From: Patescibacteria group bacterium
GTDB taxonomy: Bacteria > Patescibacteriota > Doudnabacteria > UBA920
NCBI GenBank assembly: GCA_013387205.1
Contig: WARV01000008.1
Location: forward strand, 136-64,135
Length of the DNA: 64,000 nucleotides
Direction of reading: 5' to 3'
Notes under the pieces: model-generated
Seen by the model: only the letters and a program-made list of their open reading frames with translations
What the model was told of the DNA's origin: nothing
The model's database searches: none
Part shown: in pieces, positions 36,290 through 46,181 of the stretch
Numbering within the stretch: the stretch's first letter is position 1
Layout: each line of letters starts with the position of its first letter
Program-made: the position numbers and the translations under genes

Positions 36290-37549
36290 ATGGACATTGA
36301 ACAGAATCCAGGCGGTACAAATTCAGCACCGGAAAGAAAGACTTTAAGAAATCCTTTAAAATCAACCACTATAATAGTGTTGGTTGCGATTTTAGTAGGG
36401 TATGTTTTCGGCTTTCAGACCGGTAAAAAAGGCTACACTTTTGTCCCAAAGGAATTTAAGATAGTCAACCAGGCTGACCAGCCAAAAACAGTAGATTACC
36501 AGCTATTGTGGGACGCGATTAACGTGATTAACGAAAAATATATAGACAAGCCGGTCGACCAGCAGAAAATTTTGTATGGCGCAGTTAAGGGTGCAGTGGC
36601 TGCAACAGGAGACCCGTACACTGACTTTTTTGAACCGAAAGATTTAGAAAGCTTTAAGACAGATTTAAAAGGTTCGTTTGACGGAATTGGTGCGGAGATC
36701 GGCAAGAAGGATGGTAATATTGTTGTTATTGCTCCGATTGATGACAGTCCGGCAAAGAAAGCAGGAATCCAGCCGAAAGATATTATCCTTCAGGTTGATG
36801 GAAAGTCTACGGCCGATTGGTCAGTGGAAGAAGCGGTTAGCCACATCCGCGGGCAAAAAGGCACGGATGTTACTTTGACTATTTTCCGTGAAGGAAAAAA
36901 CAAGCCGTTTGACGTCAAGGTTACCAGGGCGCAAATTCAAGTTAAAAGCGTAAAGTGGCAGGTTAAAGATGTGAACGGCAAGAAAATTGCAGTTATTACA
37001 ATTTCCCGTTTTGGTGATGATACCAAGCCTTTGTTCGACCAGGCGGTAAATGACGTACTGACAAAGAATATTAACGGATTGGTTGTGGATTTGCGCAATA
37101 ACCCGGGCGGGTATCTGCAGACTGCGGTTGATTTGGCTTCCAATTGGGTTCCCTTGGGCAAGGTTGTTGTTACAGAAGCCAGGAGCCAGGACGGGTCCCA
37201 ACAGTATACGGCAAACGGACATACAAGGCTTTCGGGAATTAAAACCGTGGTGCTGATTAACGGTGGCAGCGCTTCGGCGTCGGAAATTTTGTCCGGTGCT
37301 TTGCAGGATTATAAAATTGCTGAGTTAATCGGGGAAAAAAGCTTCGGTAAGGGAAGCGTACAGGAATTGGTGGACTTGCGCGGGGGCAGTGCGGTTAAAG
37401 TAACTGTCGCAAAATGGATTACGCCAAACGGAAAGAACTTGAATAAGGACGGTTTGAATCCGGATGTCGAAGTTAAACTGTCTGATGATGATATTACTAA
37501 CAATCGCGACCCGCAAATGGACAAGGCATTGCAGGAAGTTACAAAATAA
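36290..37549 (+). CDS. ctpA: C-terminal processing peptidase (S41, tail-specific protease)
   Basis: PDZ GIQPKDIILQVDGKST, catalytic region LVVDLRNNPGGYL ... INGGSASASEILSGAL ... KSFGKGSVQ. Confidence 0.85.
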   Translation: MDIEQNPGGTNSAPERKTLRNPLKSTTIIVLVAILVGYVFGFQTGKKGYTFVPKEFKIVNQADQPKTVDYQLLWDAINVINEKYIDKPVDQQKILYGAVKGAVAATGDPYTDFFEPKDLESFKTDLKGSFDGIGAEIGKKDGNIVVIAPIDDSPAKKAGIQPKDIILQVDGKSTADWSVEEAVSHIRGQKGTDVTLTIFREGKNKPFDVKVTRAQIQVKSVKWQVKDVNGKKIAVITISRFGDDTKPLFDQAVNDVLTKNINGLVVDLRNNPGGYLQTAVDLASNWVPLGKVVVTEARSQDGSQQYTANGHTRLSGIKTVVLINGGSASASEILSGALQDYKIAELIGEKSFGKGSVQELVDLRGGSAVKVTVAKWITPNGKNLNKDGLNPDVEVKLSDDDITNNRDPQMDKALQEVTK

Positions 37550-37648
37550 ATTAACCTAATTATTCTAAACAAATCCCAATTCCTAATTTCTAAAATTAGA
37601 CATTATTTAGAATAATTAGAGCAATTAGAATAATTAGGAATAATTATA
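37550..37648. repeat. family A palindromic element
   Basis: aattaacctaattattctaaac ... ttagaataattagagcaattagaataattagg. Confidence 0.65.
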
Positions 37649-37650
37649 CC

Positions 37651-39441
37651 ATGTCTAAAATAACAGCACAGCAACTGCGAACTAAATATCTCGAATTCTT
37701 CAAATCCAAAGGCCATACCGTTATCCCTTCGGCGTCTTTGGTGCCGGAAAACGATTCTTCAGTTTTGTTTACCACAGCGGGAATGCATCCTTTGGTTCCT
37801 TATCTTTTAGGGCAGCAGCATCCGGGCGGAAAAAGGGTGACAAACGTGCAAAAGTGCATCAGGACCGGCGATATTGACGAAGTTGGGGATAATACCCATC
37901 TGACCTTTTTTGAGATGCTTGGAAACTGGAGCTTTGGGGATTATTTCAAGAAAGAGGCGATTTCCTGGAGCTTTGAATTTTTGACAAGCAAAGATGGTTT
38001 GAATTTGCCGCTGGAGCGTTTGGCGTTTTCAGTTTTTGCCGGAGACCAGGATGCTCCGCGCGATGAAGAAGCCGCCGGCATTTGGAAGTCGTTAGGCGTT
38101 AAGGAAGAAAGAATCGCGTATTTGCCGAAAGAAGATAACTGGTGGATAGCGGGAAACACCGGGCCATGCGGACCTGACACGGAAATGTTTTATTGGATAG
38201 ACGATGGCACGCCGGCTCCGGCAAATTTCCAGGAGACTAAAGAAGACAAGCGTTGGGTGGAAATTTGGAATGACGTGTTTATGCAGTTTGAAAAACAGCC
38301 GGATGGCAAGCTTGTTCCCTTAAAACAGCAAAACGTGGATACTGGGATGGGTTTGGACAGGACCTTGGCAGTTTTAAACGGACAAAAATCTGTTTATGAC
38401 ACAGAAATCTTTAAGCCATTGTTCGATGTTTTGTCTTTGGGCCAGGAAGTAATGTCTAACGATGAAATCCGCAAAGCCAGGATAATCTTAGACCACATTC
38501 GCGCATCAGTTTTTATTGTTGCCGACGGTGTCGAGCCGTCTAATAAAGACAGGGGTTATGTTTTAAGAAGGCTCCTGCGGCGCAGTATGGTTTACGGCAA
38601 GCTTTTGAATCTGCAAAACCATTGGCTCAAGGCGCTTATTGGCCAAGTTATGGCGATTTATGGCGATGCGTATCCGGGAATTGTCAGAGACAGCAATAGG
38701 ATTTTTGAAGTAATAGAAGCAGAGCAGAAAAAATTCGGCTTAACGCTCGAAAAAGGACTTAAACAATTAGAATCAAGAATCAAGAATCAAGAATCAGGCG
38801 GACTGACAGGCAAGGAAGCTTTTGATTTGTATCAATCATTCGGTTTTCCATGGGAGCTGACCAAGGAGATGGCGGAAGCGATTGGGCAAAAAATCAATAA
38901 GGAAGAATTTGAAACTGAATTCAAAAAGCACCAGGAATTATCCCGCACCGCCAGTGCCGGTCAGTTTAAAGGCGGGCTTGGCGGCAATAGCGAAAAAATC
39001 GTGAAATATCATACTGCTACGCACTTGATGAACGCAGCGTTAAGGCAAGTGCTTGGAGAGCATGTCTGGCAAAAGGGGAGCAACATCACCGAAGAGCGCA
39101 CCAGGTTCGATTTTACACATCCTCAAAAAATGACCGAAGAGGAAAAATTGAGCGTTGAAGCTTTGGTTAACGGATGGATTAGCCAAGATTTGCAGGTTAA
39201 AAAAGACATTATGCCTATTGAAGAGGCTAGAAAATTAAACGCCATTGGGGTGTTCGGCGAGAAATATTCTGACACAGTATCCGTTTATACAATTGCCGAC
39301 ACCAATACGGGCGAAGTGGTATCCCGCGAACTTTGCGGCGGCCCGCACGTCGAACATACCGGGGTGATAGGAAAATTCAAGATACAAAAAGAAGAAGCGT
39401 CCAGTGCAGGTATCCGCCGCATAAAAGCAACTATAGAATAG
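37651..39441 (+). CDS. alaS: alanyl-tRNA synthetase, short form (catalytic + editing domains, no C-Ala domain)
   Basis: N-terminus FFKSKGHTVIPSASLVPENDSSVLFTTAGMHP ... FFEMLGNWSFGDYFK. Editing HxxxH region HTATHLMNAALRQVLGEHVWQKGS and CGGPHV. In-frame aatcaag x3 heptad at 38769-38796. Confidence 0.9.
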   Translation: MSKITAQQLRTKYLEFFKSKGHTVIPSASLVPENDSSVLFTTAGMHPLVPYLLGQQHPGGKRVTNVQKCIRTGDIDEVGDNTHLTFFEMLGNWSFGDYFKKEAISWSFEFLTSKDGLNLPLERLAFSVFAGDQDAPRDEEAAGIWKSLGVKEERIAYLPKEDNWWIAGNTGPCGPDTEMFYWIDDGTPAPANFQETKEDKRWVEIWNDVFMQFEKQPDGKLVPLKQQNVDTGMGLDRTLAVLNGQKSVYDTEIFKPLFDVLSLGQEVMSNDEIRKARIILDHIRASVFIVADGVEPSNKDRGYVLRRLLRRSMVYGKLLNLQNHWLKALIGQVMAIYGDAYPGIVRDSNRIFEVIEAEQKKFGLTLEKGLKQLESRIKNQESGGLTGKEAFDLYQSFGFPWELTKEMAEAIGQKINKEEFETEFKKHQELSRTASAGQFKGGLGGNSEKIVKYHTATHLMNAALRQVLGEHVWQKGSNITEERTRFDFTHPQKMTEEEKLSVEALVNGWISQDLQVKKDIMPIEEARKLNAIGVFGEKYSDTVSVYTIADTNTGEVVSRELCGGPHVEHTGVIGKFKIQKEEASSAGIRRIKATIE

Positions 39442-39489
39442 TTTATAGTTTGTAGTAAGTAGTTTATAGAAAATAAAACAAAATAATCA

Positions 39490-39513
39490 GCCCCAAAGGG
39501 GCCCCTTTGGGGC
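39490..39513. terminator. 24-bp perfect GC-rich palindrome after alaS
   Basis: gccccaaaggggcccctttggggc. Confidence 0.5.
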
Positions 39514-39556
39514 ATTAAAATCCGCGCAGCAGATCCGCGTTAAGATCTGTGGTCAT

Positions 39557-40726
39557 ATGAAATTGGATTTTTTTAATTGTCCAAGTCCAGAAGGTTTGGA
39601 TAAGGCAATATTGCCAAAAGAAAAGCCTTTGTTTTTAACTTACAAGCCGCAGTTTGATTTGTTGGAGCAAATGGCCGGGAAGTATAAAAATTACAAAAAT
39701 ATTTTAGTTATCGGACATGGCGGAAGCATTAACAGCTTTTATGGCGTTTATAATGCCTTGATTGAACTAACGGACAAAAAAGCTTATTTCTTGAACACTA
39801 CAGATCCGGATTACATCAATCGTTTAAAAAAAGAACTGAACCCTAAAGATACCCTAGTTATCCCAATCAGCAAATCCGGGGAAACTGTTACTTTGCTCGA
39901 AGCTTTGGCCCAGTTTGCTGATTTTCCATTGCTGTTTATTGCCGGCAGGGACAGTGCTTTGTGGGAAATTGCGAAAAAAATGAATGCCGATGTCGTGCCG
40001 CATCCTGCAATTGGAGGCAGGTTCAACGGAGTTACGGAAATTACTCTGCTGCCGGCGGCTTTGGTAGGTTTAAATATCAAAAAATTATTTGATGGCGCCG
40101 GTAAGTTTTATCAGATGTACGATGTTGATAATTTGGCGTTTAAGGCTGCTTCAGTTTTTTGGCAATTGGAACAAAAAGGATTTGTGGATGTCTTTATGCC
40201 TTTTTATTCCCATAACCTTTTTTACATGAGCAATATAATTGTGCAGCTTTGCCATGAAAGTTTTGGGAAAAATGGAATGGGGCAAACATATTTTGCGCAC
40301 GAAGCGCCGGAATCGCAACACCATACCAACCAAAGGTTTTTTGGCGGCAAAAAAAATATTGCCGGGTTTTTTGTGGGAACCGATAGTTTCCTATATCCGA
40401 CGCAGAATTCCATGCCAGCCGCAATCCACAGCGTTCAGATAAAAAACCACGCGCTTTTTGACCTGAATAATATTCCTTTGGAAGTTTCAATGGACAGCGA
40501 ATTGCACGGTACCTTGGAGGATGCAAAAATCAACAGCATACCGGCAGCGCATCTTTCCATTTCCGGTTTTTCTGAAAATGAGATAGGCAACCTTATGGCT
40601 TTTTGGCAGTTATACGCGGTTTATTCTTCACTGCTTAGGAAAGTGGACCCTTTTGACCAGCCGCAGGTAGAAAATAGTAAAGTGATATCGTTTAATAAGC
40701 GGTTAAAATATAAAAATTTGATATAA
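39557..40726 (+). CDS. pgi: glucose-6-phosphate isomerase (short SIS-type PGI)
   Basis: ISKSGETVTLLEA and IGGRFNGVTEITLLPAALVGLNI match PGI SIS-domain motifs. Confidence 0.7.
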   Translation: MKLDFFNCPSPEGLDKAILPKEKPLFLTYKPQFDLLEQMAGKYKNYKNILVIGHGGSINSFYGVYNALIELTDKKAYFLNTTDPDYINRLKKELNPKDTLVIPISKSGETVTLLEALAQFADFPLLFIAGRDSALWEIAKKMNADVVPHPAIGGRFNGVTEITLLPAALVGLNIKKLFDGAGKFYQMYDVDNLAFKAASVFWQLEQKGFVDVFMPFYSHNLFYMSNIIVQLCHESFGKNGMGQTYFAHEAPESQHHTNQRFFGGKKNIAGFFVGTDSFLYPTQNSMPAAIHSVQIKNHALFDLNNIPLEVSMDSELHGTLEDAKINSIPAAHLSISGFSENEIGNLMAFWQLYAVYSSLLRKVDPFDQPQVENSKVISFNKRLKYKNLI

Positions 40727-40748
40727 CTTTAAAGCTTAATCGTCTTGA

Positions 40749-40840
40749 TTGACAAAATTGTCATAATTTAAAAAATTGACACAAATATTACTGCAGTTTA
40801 TTTATGTCAATTTTGTCATTTTTTTATTTTTGTCATTTCA
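40749..40840. repeat. family D (TGACA-rich) palindromic element
   Basis: gacaaaattgtcataattt ... ttatgtcaattttgtcatttttttatttttgtcattt. Confidence 0.55.
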
Positions 40841-40880
40841 TTTGCTATTGCTTTATTAACAAAATAAGCATAAAATAAGG

Positions 40881-42686
40881 TTGAAAACAGTTTTTAACCT
40901 CATGTTTGTTATGGTTCCCAGTATTTATATCAACCTAGAAGATGATGTTGCCAAAATAACTGCCCGCATCAAAAAACAGAAAGCGGACAAGCTGGTTTTG
41001 GTATGCCCAAAAAGGTGTTTTTTATTCAATGACAGCATAAATTTAAGGCTTCTGAAAAAACAGGTAGATTTGCTGAAAAAGGAGGTTTATATTTTGACAA
41101 TGGATGAACGGGGCCAGATGTATGCCAAAGAAGCCGGGTTCCAATTAAAGTTTTTACCGAAACAGGTAACTAGCAAGGGCATTTCTGATGTAAAAGTTGC
41201 CGCCAAGCCTGAGAAAATACAACCGCAAAAAGTAGAAGATGCTTCAGTAAAAAAACAGGAAACGCATAAGAAAAAAGAAGAGCGGGTTTTCGTGCCGGAA
41301 GAAGTCGTTGAAGAACAGGAAAAATACGGGTTGGAAGAAGAGCCTGGGGCTATCCCGCAATCATTTAATAAACCAAGCCAGTTTGGGCAAAAATCCGAAC
41401 CTGCAAAAGGCAAGATTAAAATTTCCGTGCCTAAGGTGTCAATGAGCCAGGCATTTTTTCCCAGGGAGATAGAACAGTCTTATAAATCTGATGGAAAAAA
41501 ACCATCAGGAAAAAATTGGATTATATCCATAATGTTAATTTTGGTGCTGCTGGCCGGGACCGCTGTTGTGGTTTTCTTCGTTCTTCCTAAAGCCACGGTT
41601 GTCGTATATCCAAAAACTGAAGCTGTTACAAGGGATATGGAAGTTACAATAAGCACCAATGTAAAAAATCCGGATACATCAAAACTTTTGTTGCCGGCTA
41701 CCAAAGTCACGGACGAATTGGATGTTACCCAAAAATTCCAAAGCCAGGGTAAAAAAGAAGTTGGAAATAAAGCTGTTGGAACGGTATATATTTATAATTT
41801 CACCAGACAGCCGCTGAATTTGAAGGCTAACACTACGACTTTAACTGTCGGAAGCAAAAATTACGTCTTAACGAGCGATGTGAACCAGTTAAAACCGACC
41901 CTTTACAAGAACGCCAAAACAAAAGAAATTGACGAAAATTCTTTGGCGGCTCCCGTCGAAGTTGAGGCGGCAGAAGGCGGTGACAGCTCAAATGTTCCCG
42001 CGGGGACCAGAATGGAAATATCTAACCAGGTATTTGGCAGCAAGCCCCAGTTTTTATATGCCAAAACAGCGACTTCCGTAACCGGCGGGACATCGAGGTA
42101 CTTGTCTTTTGTATCCGATTTGGATATTTCCAATTCCCAAAAAAGCTTGGGCGATGCGTTGATAAGCCAAGAGCAGCAAAAACTTTCGCAGCAAAACTTG
42201 GTTATCCCTGACAAAGCTTATATTATAGAACCTGAGCAGTTTTCTACGGATAAGCCGTCGGGTACTAATAGTCCAAACTTTGAAGCTGTGCTTAAAGCCA
42301 AAATAACCGCGCTGGCAATTAACAAGCAAGATTTATTTAAGCTGGCTGGCGACCGTATTAAGCAAACTTTGGCTACAAACAAAAGTTTGGAAGACATAAG
42401 CGATAACCAGCTTAGCTACAAAATTAAAAGCATTGACTTGAGCAATGAACTTGCGGTTCTTTTTGTCCATTATGAAGGCCAGGCAGTCTTAAACGTCAAT
42501 TTGGACGGGTTAAATGAAGAATTGGCTGGAAAAAGCCAGGACCAGGTTAATGAATTTTTATCTTCAAAAGCGGAAATTAATAAAATAGATATTACACTGG
42601 CGCCTTCCTGGCAGAAAAATTTTCCCAGATTTGCCAATAGAATTGGCGTAACACTGGGGAAATTTAACGTTCAAAATAGTCAGTAA
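40881..42686 (+). CDS. hypothetical single-pass membrane protein (cytoplasmic N-domain, K/E-rich linker, large extracytoplasmic domain)
   Basis: 601-aa ORF. TM WIISIMLILVLLAGTAVVVFFVL at about residue 200. No family recognised. Confidence 0.6.
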   Translation: MKTVFNLMFVMVPSIYINLEDDVAKITARIKKQKADKLVLVCPKRCFLFNDSINLRLLKKQVDLLKKEVYILTMDERGQMYAKEAGFQLKFLPKQVTSKGISDVKVAAKPEKIQPQKVEDASVKKQETHKKKEERVFVPEEVVEEQEKYGLEEEPGAIPQSFNKPSQFGQKSEPAKGKIKISVPKVSMSQAFFPREIEQSYKSDGKKPSGKNWIISIMLILVLLAGTAVVVFFVLPKATVVVYPKTEAVTRDMEVTISTNVKNPDTSKLLLPATKVTDELDVTQKFQSQGKKEVGNKAVGTVYIYNFTRQPLNLKANTTTLTVGSKNYVLTSDVNQLKPTLYKNAKTKEIDENSLAAPVEVEAAEGGDSSNVPAGTRMEISNQVFGSKPQFLYAKTATSVTGGTSRYLSFVSDLDISNSQKSLGDALISQEQQKLSQQNLVIPDKAYIIEPEQFSTDKPSGTNSPNFEAVLKAKITALAINKQDLFKLAGDRIKQTLATNKSLEDISDNQLSYKIKSIDLSNELAVLFVHYEGQAVLNVNLDGLNEELAGKSQDQVNEFLSSKAEINKIDITLAPSWQKNFPRFANRIGVTLGKFNVQNSQ

Positions 42687-42732
42687 TTATTAAAGTGGCT
42701 TATTTAGGCCAAGTTTAATAATATTGTTGTAT

Positions 42733-42761
42733 TTGACTTTTTTTAAATTATTGTGTAGAAT
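42733..42761 (+). promoter_or_regulatory. candidate promoter TTGACT-17-TAGAAT upstream of infA/r-protein cluster
   Basis: ttgactttttttaaattattgtgtagaat. Confidence 0.45.
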
Positions 42762-42787
42762 TACAGCAAATCATTTAAATAGACAAT

Positions 42788-43042
42788 TTGATATACAGTA
42801 ATCAAGACTTAGGAAAGTCCGGTAAAAATAAGAAAGATGTCATCGAACTTGAGGGCAAAGTCATTGAAAATTTGCCTAATGCTATTTTTCGTGTCCAGCT
42901 GGATTCAGGTCAGGTTGTTGTGGGCCATCTATCCGGAAAAATGAGAGTGAATATGATAAAGGTTCTGCCTGGCGACAGGGTTATTATTGAAATGACTCCT
43001 TATGATTTATCAAAAGGCAGAATTACAAGAAGAATGAGATAA
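42788..43042 (+). CDS. infA: translation initiation factor IF-1
   Basis: [38 protein letters not shown]...[24 protein letters not shown]. Start is TTG at 42788 or further in. Confidence 0.85.
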   Translation: MIYSNQDLGKSGKNKKDVIELEGKVIENLPNAIFRVQLDSGQVVVGHLSGKMRVNMIKVLPGDRVIIEMTPYDLSKGRITRRMR

Positions 43043-43045
43043 GTA

Positions 43046-43133
43046 ATATAATCCGAATTATCCGAATATAATCCAAATGACCCGAAATAGGACTCATTTG
43101 GGCATTCGGATGGTAATTCGGGGAATTAGGATT
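43046..43133. repeat. family E long imperfect inverted-repeat element
   Basis: taatccgaattatccgaatataatccaaatgacccgaa ... catttgggcattcggatggtaattcggggaattaggatta, ends 6 nt before the rpmJ ATG. Confidence 0.65.
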
Positions 43134-43139
43134 ATATCT

Positions 43140-43253
43140 ATGAAAGTCAGGGCAAGTGTTAAACCAATGTGCAAGAAGTGCAAAGTTGTTAAAAGATTCG
43201 GCAGGATTTACATTATTTGCGAAAATCCAAAGCATAAGCAGCGCCAAGGCTAA
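43140..43253 (+). CDS. rpmJ: 50S ribosomal protein L36
   Basis: [37 protein letters not shown]. Below ORF-track size cutoff. Confidence 0.85.
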   Translation: MKVRASVKPMCKKCKVVKRFGRIYIICENPKHKQRQG

Positions 43254-43374
43254 CGCCTTGTCTGCAGGCGAAAAGCCAAAAAGTTTGTAAAGTTACAAAG
43301 AATACAACAACGCAACTTTTAGCAATACGAACTTCAAGGTTTTATAAACATTAAAATTTTATTAACTTAATTTT

Positions 43375-43764
43375 ATGGCACGTATCGCAGGGATAAACAT
43401 TCCTAACGAAAAAAGAATAGAAGCTGCTTTGCCGGTTATATACGGGATAGGCTTTACTCTGTCCAAAAAGATTTTGGCGGCGACCAATGTGGATCCGAAT
43501 AAGAGAACCAAGGACTTGTCGGAAGAAGAACTGAACAGGATCCGCGAATACATTGAAAAAAACTTCAAAGTAGAAGGCGAGTTAAGGCAGCAGATTTTAT
43601 TGAACATCAAGAGGCTTAAAGAAATCAGCGCTTACCGCGGGATAAGGCATATTAGAGGTTTGCCGGTCCGCGGCCAAAGGACAAAAACCAACTCCAGAAC
43701 CAGAAGGGGTAATGTCCGTAAAACTGCCGGAAGCGGCCGTAAAGCAGCTTCAGAAAAAACATAA
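43375..43764 (+). CDS. rpsM: 30S ribosomal protein S13
   Basis: [26 protein letters not shown] ... [20 protein letters not shown]. Confidence 0.95.
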   Translation: MARIAGINIPNEKRIEAALPVIYGIGFTLSKKILAATNVDPNKRTKDLSEEELNRIREYIEKNFKVEGELRQQILLNIKRLKEISAYRGIRHIRGLPVRGQRTKTNSRTRRGNVRKTAGSGRKAASEKT

Positions 43765-43765
43765 C

Positions 43766-43871
43766 ATAATCCGAATTATCCGAATAATCCGCCAGCTGGC
43801 GGACCAAATGACCCGAAAAAGGGAGAAGCCATTTGGGGCATTCGGATGGTAATTCGGGGTATTAGGATTAA
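43766..43871. repeat. family E element carrying an inserted CCGCCAGCTGGCGG palindrome (43789-43802)
   Basis: cataatccgaattatccgaataatc[cgccagctggcgg]accaaatgacccgaaaaagg ... catttggggcattcggatggtaattcggggtattaggatta. Confidence 0.65.
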
Positions 43872-43880
43872 TATTACATT

Positions 43881-44351
43881 ATGGCGGAAGAAACCACACA
43901 ACCAAATATCGCGACTCCAATCGAGGCTGCTCCTGCGCCGGCGGCGGAAGCCACCGAAGCTGCGGCTAAGATCAAGTCAGGTAAGAAGAAGAAATCCAAG
44001 GCCAAGGTCACTAAGGGAAAGATTTACATCAACTCCACTTACAACAACACCATCGTTTCAGTCACTGACATGTCAGGCAATGTCCTGATTTGGAGCAGTG
44101 CTGGAAAAATCGGTTTTAAGGGATCAAAGAAATCCACTCCTTATGCCGGCCAAAAGACCATGGATGACGCTTTGGCAAGAATTAAGGAAAGAGGGTTGTC
44201 TGAAGTTGATGTATTCATTAAAGGCATTGGATCCGGCAGGGAATCGGCAGTAAGGGCTTTGCAGGGTTCTGGCTTGAATGTTATTTCCATTAAAGACCAA
44301 ACCCCGATTCCTCACGGAGGAGTCAGGCCGAAGAAGCCGAGAAGAGTATAA
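43881..44351 (+). CDS. rpsK: 30S ribosomal protein S11 with Ala/Lys-rich N-terminal extension
   Basis: [44 protein letters not shown]. Confidence 0.95.
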   Translation: MAEETTQPNIATPIEAAPAPAAEATEAAAKIKSGKKKKSKAKVTKGKIYINSTYNNTIVSVTDMSGNVLIWSSAGKIGFKGSKKSTPYAGQKTMDDALARIKERGLSEVDVFIKGIGSGRESAVRALQGSGLNVISIKDQTPIPHGGVRPKKPRRV

Positions 44352-44425
44352 TTATATAAACATTTAAACATATAAACATTTAAACATTAATGCATGTTCG
44401 CATGCTTAAATGCTTAAATGCTCAA

Positions 44426-45040
44426 ATGATTATGAGATACACAGGTCCAAAAGTAAAAAAAGCCAGAAGGCTCGGAATGGCTTTTACTGCAAAAGACGCA
44501 AAGATTTTGCAGAAGAGAAACTTTCCCCCGGGACAGCACGGCCAAAACAGGGTCAGGCTTTCTGAATACGGGATGCAGCTCAGGGAAAAGCAAAAAGCCA
44601 AAATCACTTACGGCGTATTAGAACGCCAATTCGAAAAATATTTCAACAAGGCCCTAAAACAGGCCGGAGTTACCGGTGATAATTTGCTCAAACTCTTAGA
44701 ACTGAGGCTGGATAGCGTGGTTTTCCGCTTGGGTTTTGCGGAAACCAGGGCTCAGGCCAGGCAGTTAGTTGGCCACGGTTTCTTTGAAGTCAATGGCAAG
44801 AAGGTTAATATCCCTTCTTATTCCGTAAAAGTTGGCGATACGATTGCAATCAGGGAAGTTAAGCAGAAATCCAAGTATATAGAAAAGATCAAGGAAAAAA
44901 TCAAGAACTTCCAAACCCAGGAATGGCTGGAACTTAATTCTTCCAAGCTGTCCGGAAAAGTCCTGACATCCCCAGAACCGGAAATGATTGGCAATACAAT
45001 CAACACCCAGCTGATAGTTGAACACTACAGCAGGACATAA
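44426..45040 (+). CDS. rpsD: 30S ribosomal protein S4
   Basis: MRYTGPKVKKARRLG ... LERQFEKYF ... LELRLDSVVFRLGFAETRAQARQLVGHGFFEVNGKKV (S4 domain). Track ORF start 44390 extends into a heptad-repeat region. Confidence 0.9.
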   Translation: MIMRYTGPKVKKARRLGMAFTAKDAKILQKRNFPPGQHGQNRVRLSEYGMQLREKQKAKITYGVLERQFEKYFNKALKQAGVTGDNLLKLLELRLDSVVFRLGFAETRAQARQLVGHGFFEVNGKKVNIPSYSVKVGDTIAIREVKQKSKYIEKIKEKIKNFQTQEWLELNSSKLSGKVLTSPEPEMIGNTINTQLIVEHYSRT

Positions 45041-45085
45041 AAAAAGCGCTAAGCGCATTAATAATTATTTTTGGAGGCAAATTTT

Positions 45086-46018
45086 ATGGAAGCTATTCCA
45101 CTTCCTAATCACTCAAAAGTACAAGATTTAGGCAATAATAAATACAGCTTAATTCTGGAGCCGTTATATCCCGGCTACGGCGTTACTATTGGTAATGCCA
45201 TGAGGCGCGTGTTGCTTTCTTCCATGCCCGGAGCTGCGGTTACGGCTGTAAAAATTAAATTTGTCGACCACGAATTTTCCACTATTCCGCATGTTAAAGA
45301 AGACGTAATCCAGATTATTTTGAACCTCAAGCAGTTGAGGATCAAAAGCTTTAGCGCTGAACCGGTTAGATTATCCTTAAAGGTTAAGGGTGAAAAAACC
45401 GTTACCGCGGCCGATATAAAAGAAATCGACCAGGTCCAAATTATCAGCAAGGATTTGCACATTGCGACTTTGGACAACAAGAATGCGGAACTGGATATGG
45501 AATTGGTTGTAGAGCAGGGCAGGGGATACTTGCCGGTTGAAGCCAGGGAAAACCAGAAGCTGGAAGTCGGCATGATTGCCTTGGACGCGATATTTACTCC
45601 GTTGAAATCTGTGCACTTTGATGTTTCTAATGTACGTGTCGGCCAATTGACCAACTTTGACAAGCTGGAAATCTTCATGGAAACTGACGGTACAATGGAT
45701 GGACAGGAAGCGGTTGATATTGCAGCCCATATCTTGGTTGACCACTTTACCATGATGTTCTCCAATGATTTTGGTAAAATCGAAACTCCGGTTGAAACTG
45801 AAATTGCCGTTGCTGAAGAAATGGTTCCGGTAATCGCTTCTGCCGAGAATGAAATTGAAAATTCTACTCTTTCGACTAGGGCGAAAAACGCCTTGTCCAA
45901 GAACGGGGTTACTTCAATCGCGGCTTTGCAGAAACTCAGCAACGAAGAAATCGGCAGCCTTTCCGGTTTAGGCGATAAAACCATCAAGGAAATTTACGAT
46001 TTCCTTGGCAGACAATAA
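45086..46018 (+). CDS. rpoA: DNA-directed RNA polymerase subunit alpha
   Basis: EPLYPGYGVTIGNAMRRVLLSSMPGAAVTAVKI ... C-terminal CTD. ggagg SD 9 nt upstream of ATG at 45086. Confidence 0.9.
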   Translation: MEAIPLPNHSKVQDLGNNKYSLILEPLYPGYGVTIGNAMRRVLLSSMPGAAVTAVKIKFVDHEFSTIPHVKEDVIQIILNLKQLRIKSFSAEPVRLSLKVKGEKTVTAADIKEIDQVQIISKDLHIATLDNKNAELDMELVVEQGRGYLPVEARENQKLEVGMIALDAIFTPLKSVHFDVSNVRVGQLTNFDKLEIFMETDGTMDGQEAVDIAAHILVDHFTMMFSNDFGKIETPVETEIAVAEEMVPVIASAENEIENSTLSTRAKNALSKNGVTSIAALQKLSNEEIGSLSGLGDKTIKEIYDFLGRQ

Positions 46019-46086
46019 AACAATGACAAAATTGACATAATTGACAAAAATGACAAAAATATTGCAGCAAAATTATGTTCAATTTT

Positions 46087-46141
46087 ATTAGCTCCTCAGC
46101 TCGGAAATTTAATTAATTAAATTTCCGAGCTGAGGAGCTAA
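46087..46141. terminator. 54-bp perfect palindrome between rpoA and rplQ (terminator/attenuator candidate)
   Basis: ttagctcctcagctcggaaatttaattaattaaatttccgagctgaggagctaa, preceded by a family D fragment (46021-46060). Confidence 0.5.
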
Positions 46142-46181
46142 TACAGGGTATTTAATTATTTAAAGTATGATCAATTAATTT

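Noticed and set aside
45175-45987. 270-aa minus-strand ORF
   Set aside because: Entirely antisense to rpoA, which has unambiguous homology.
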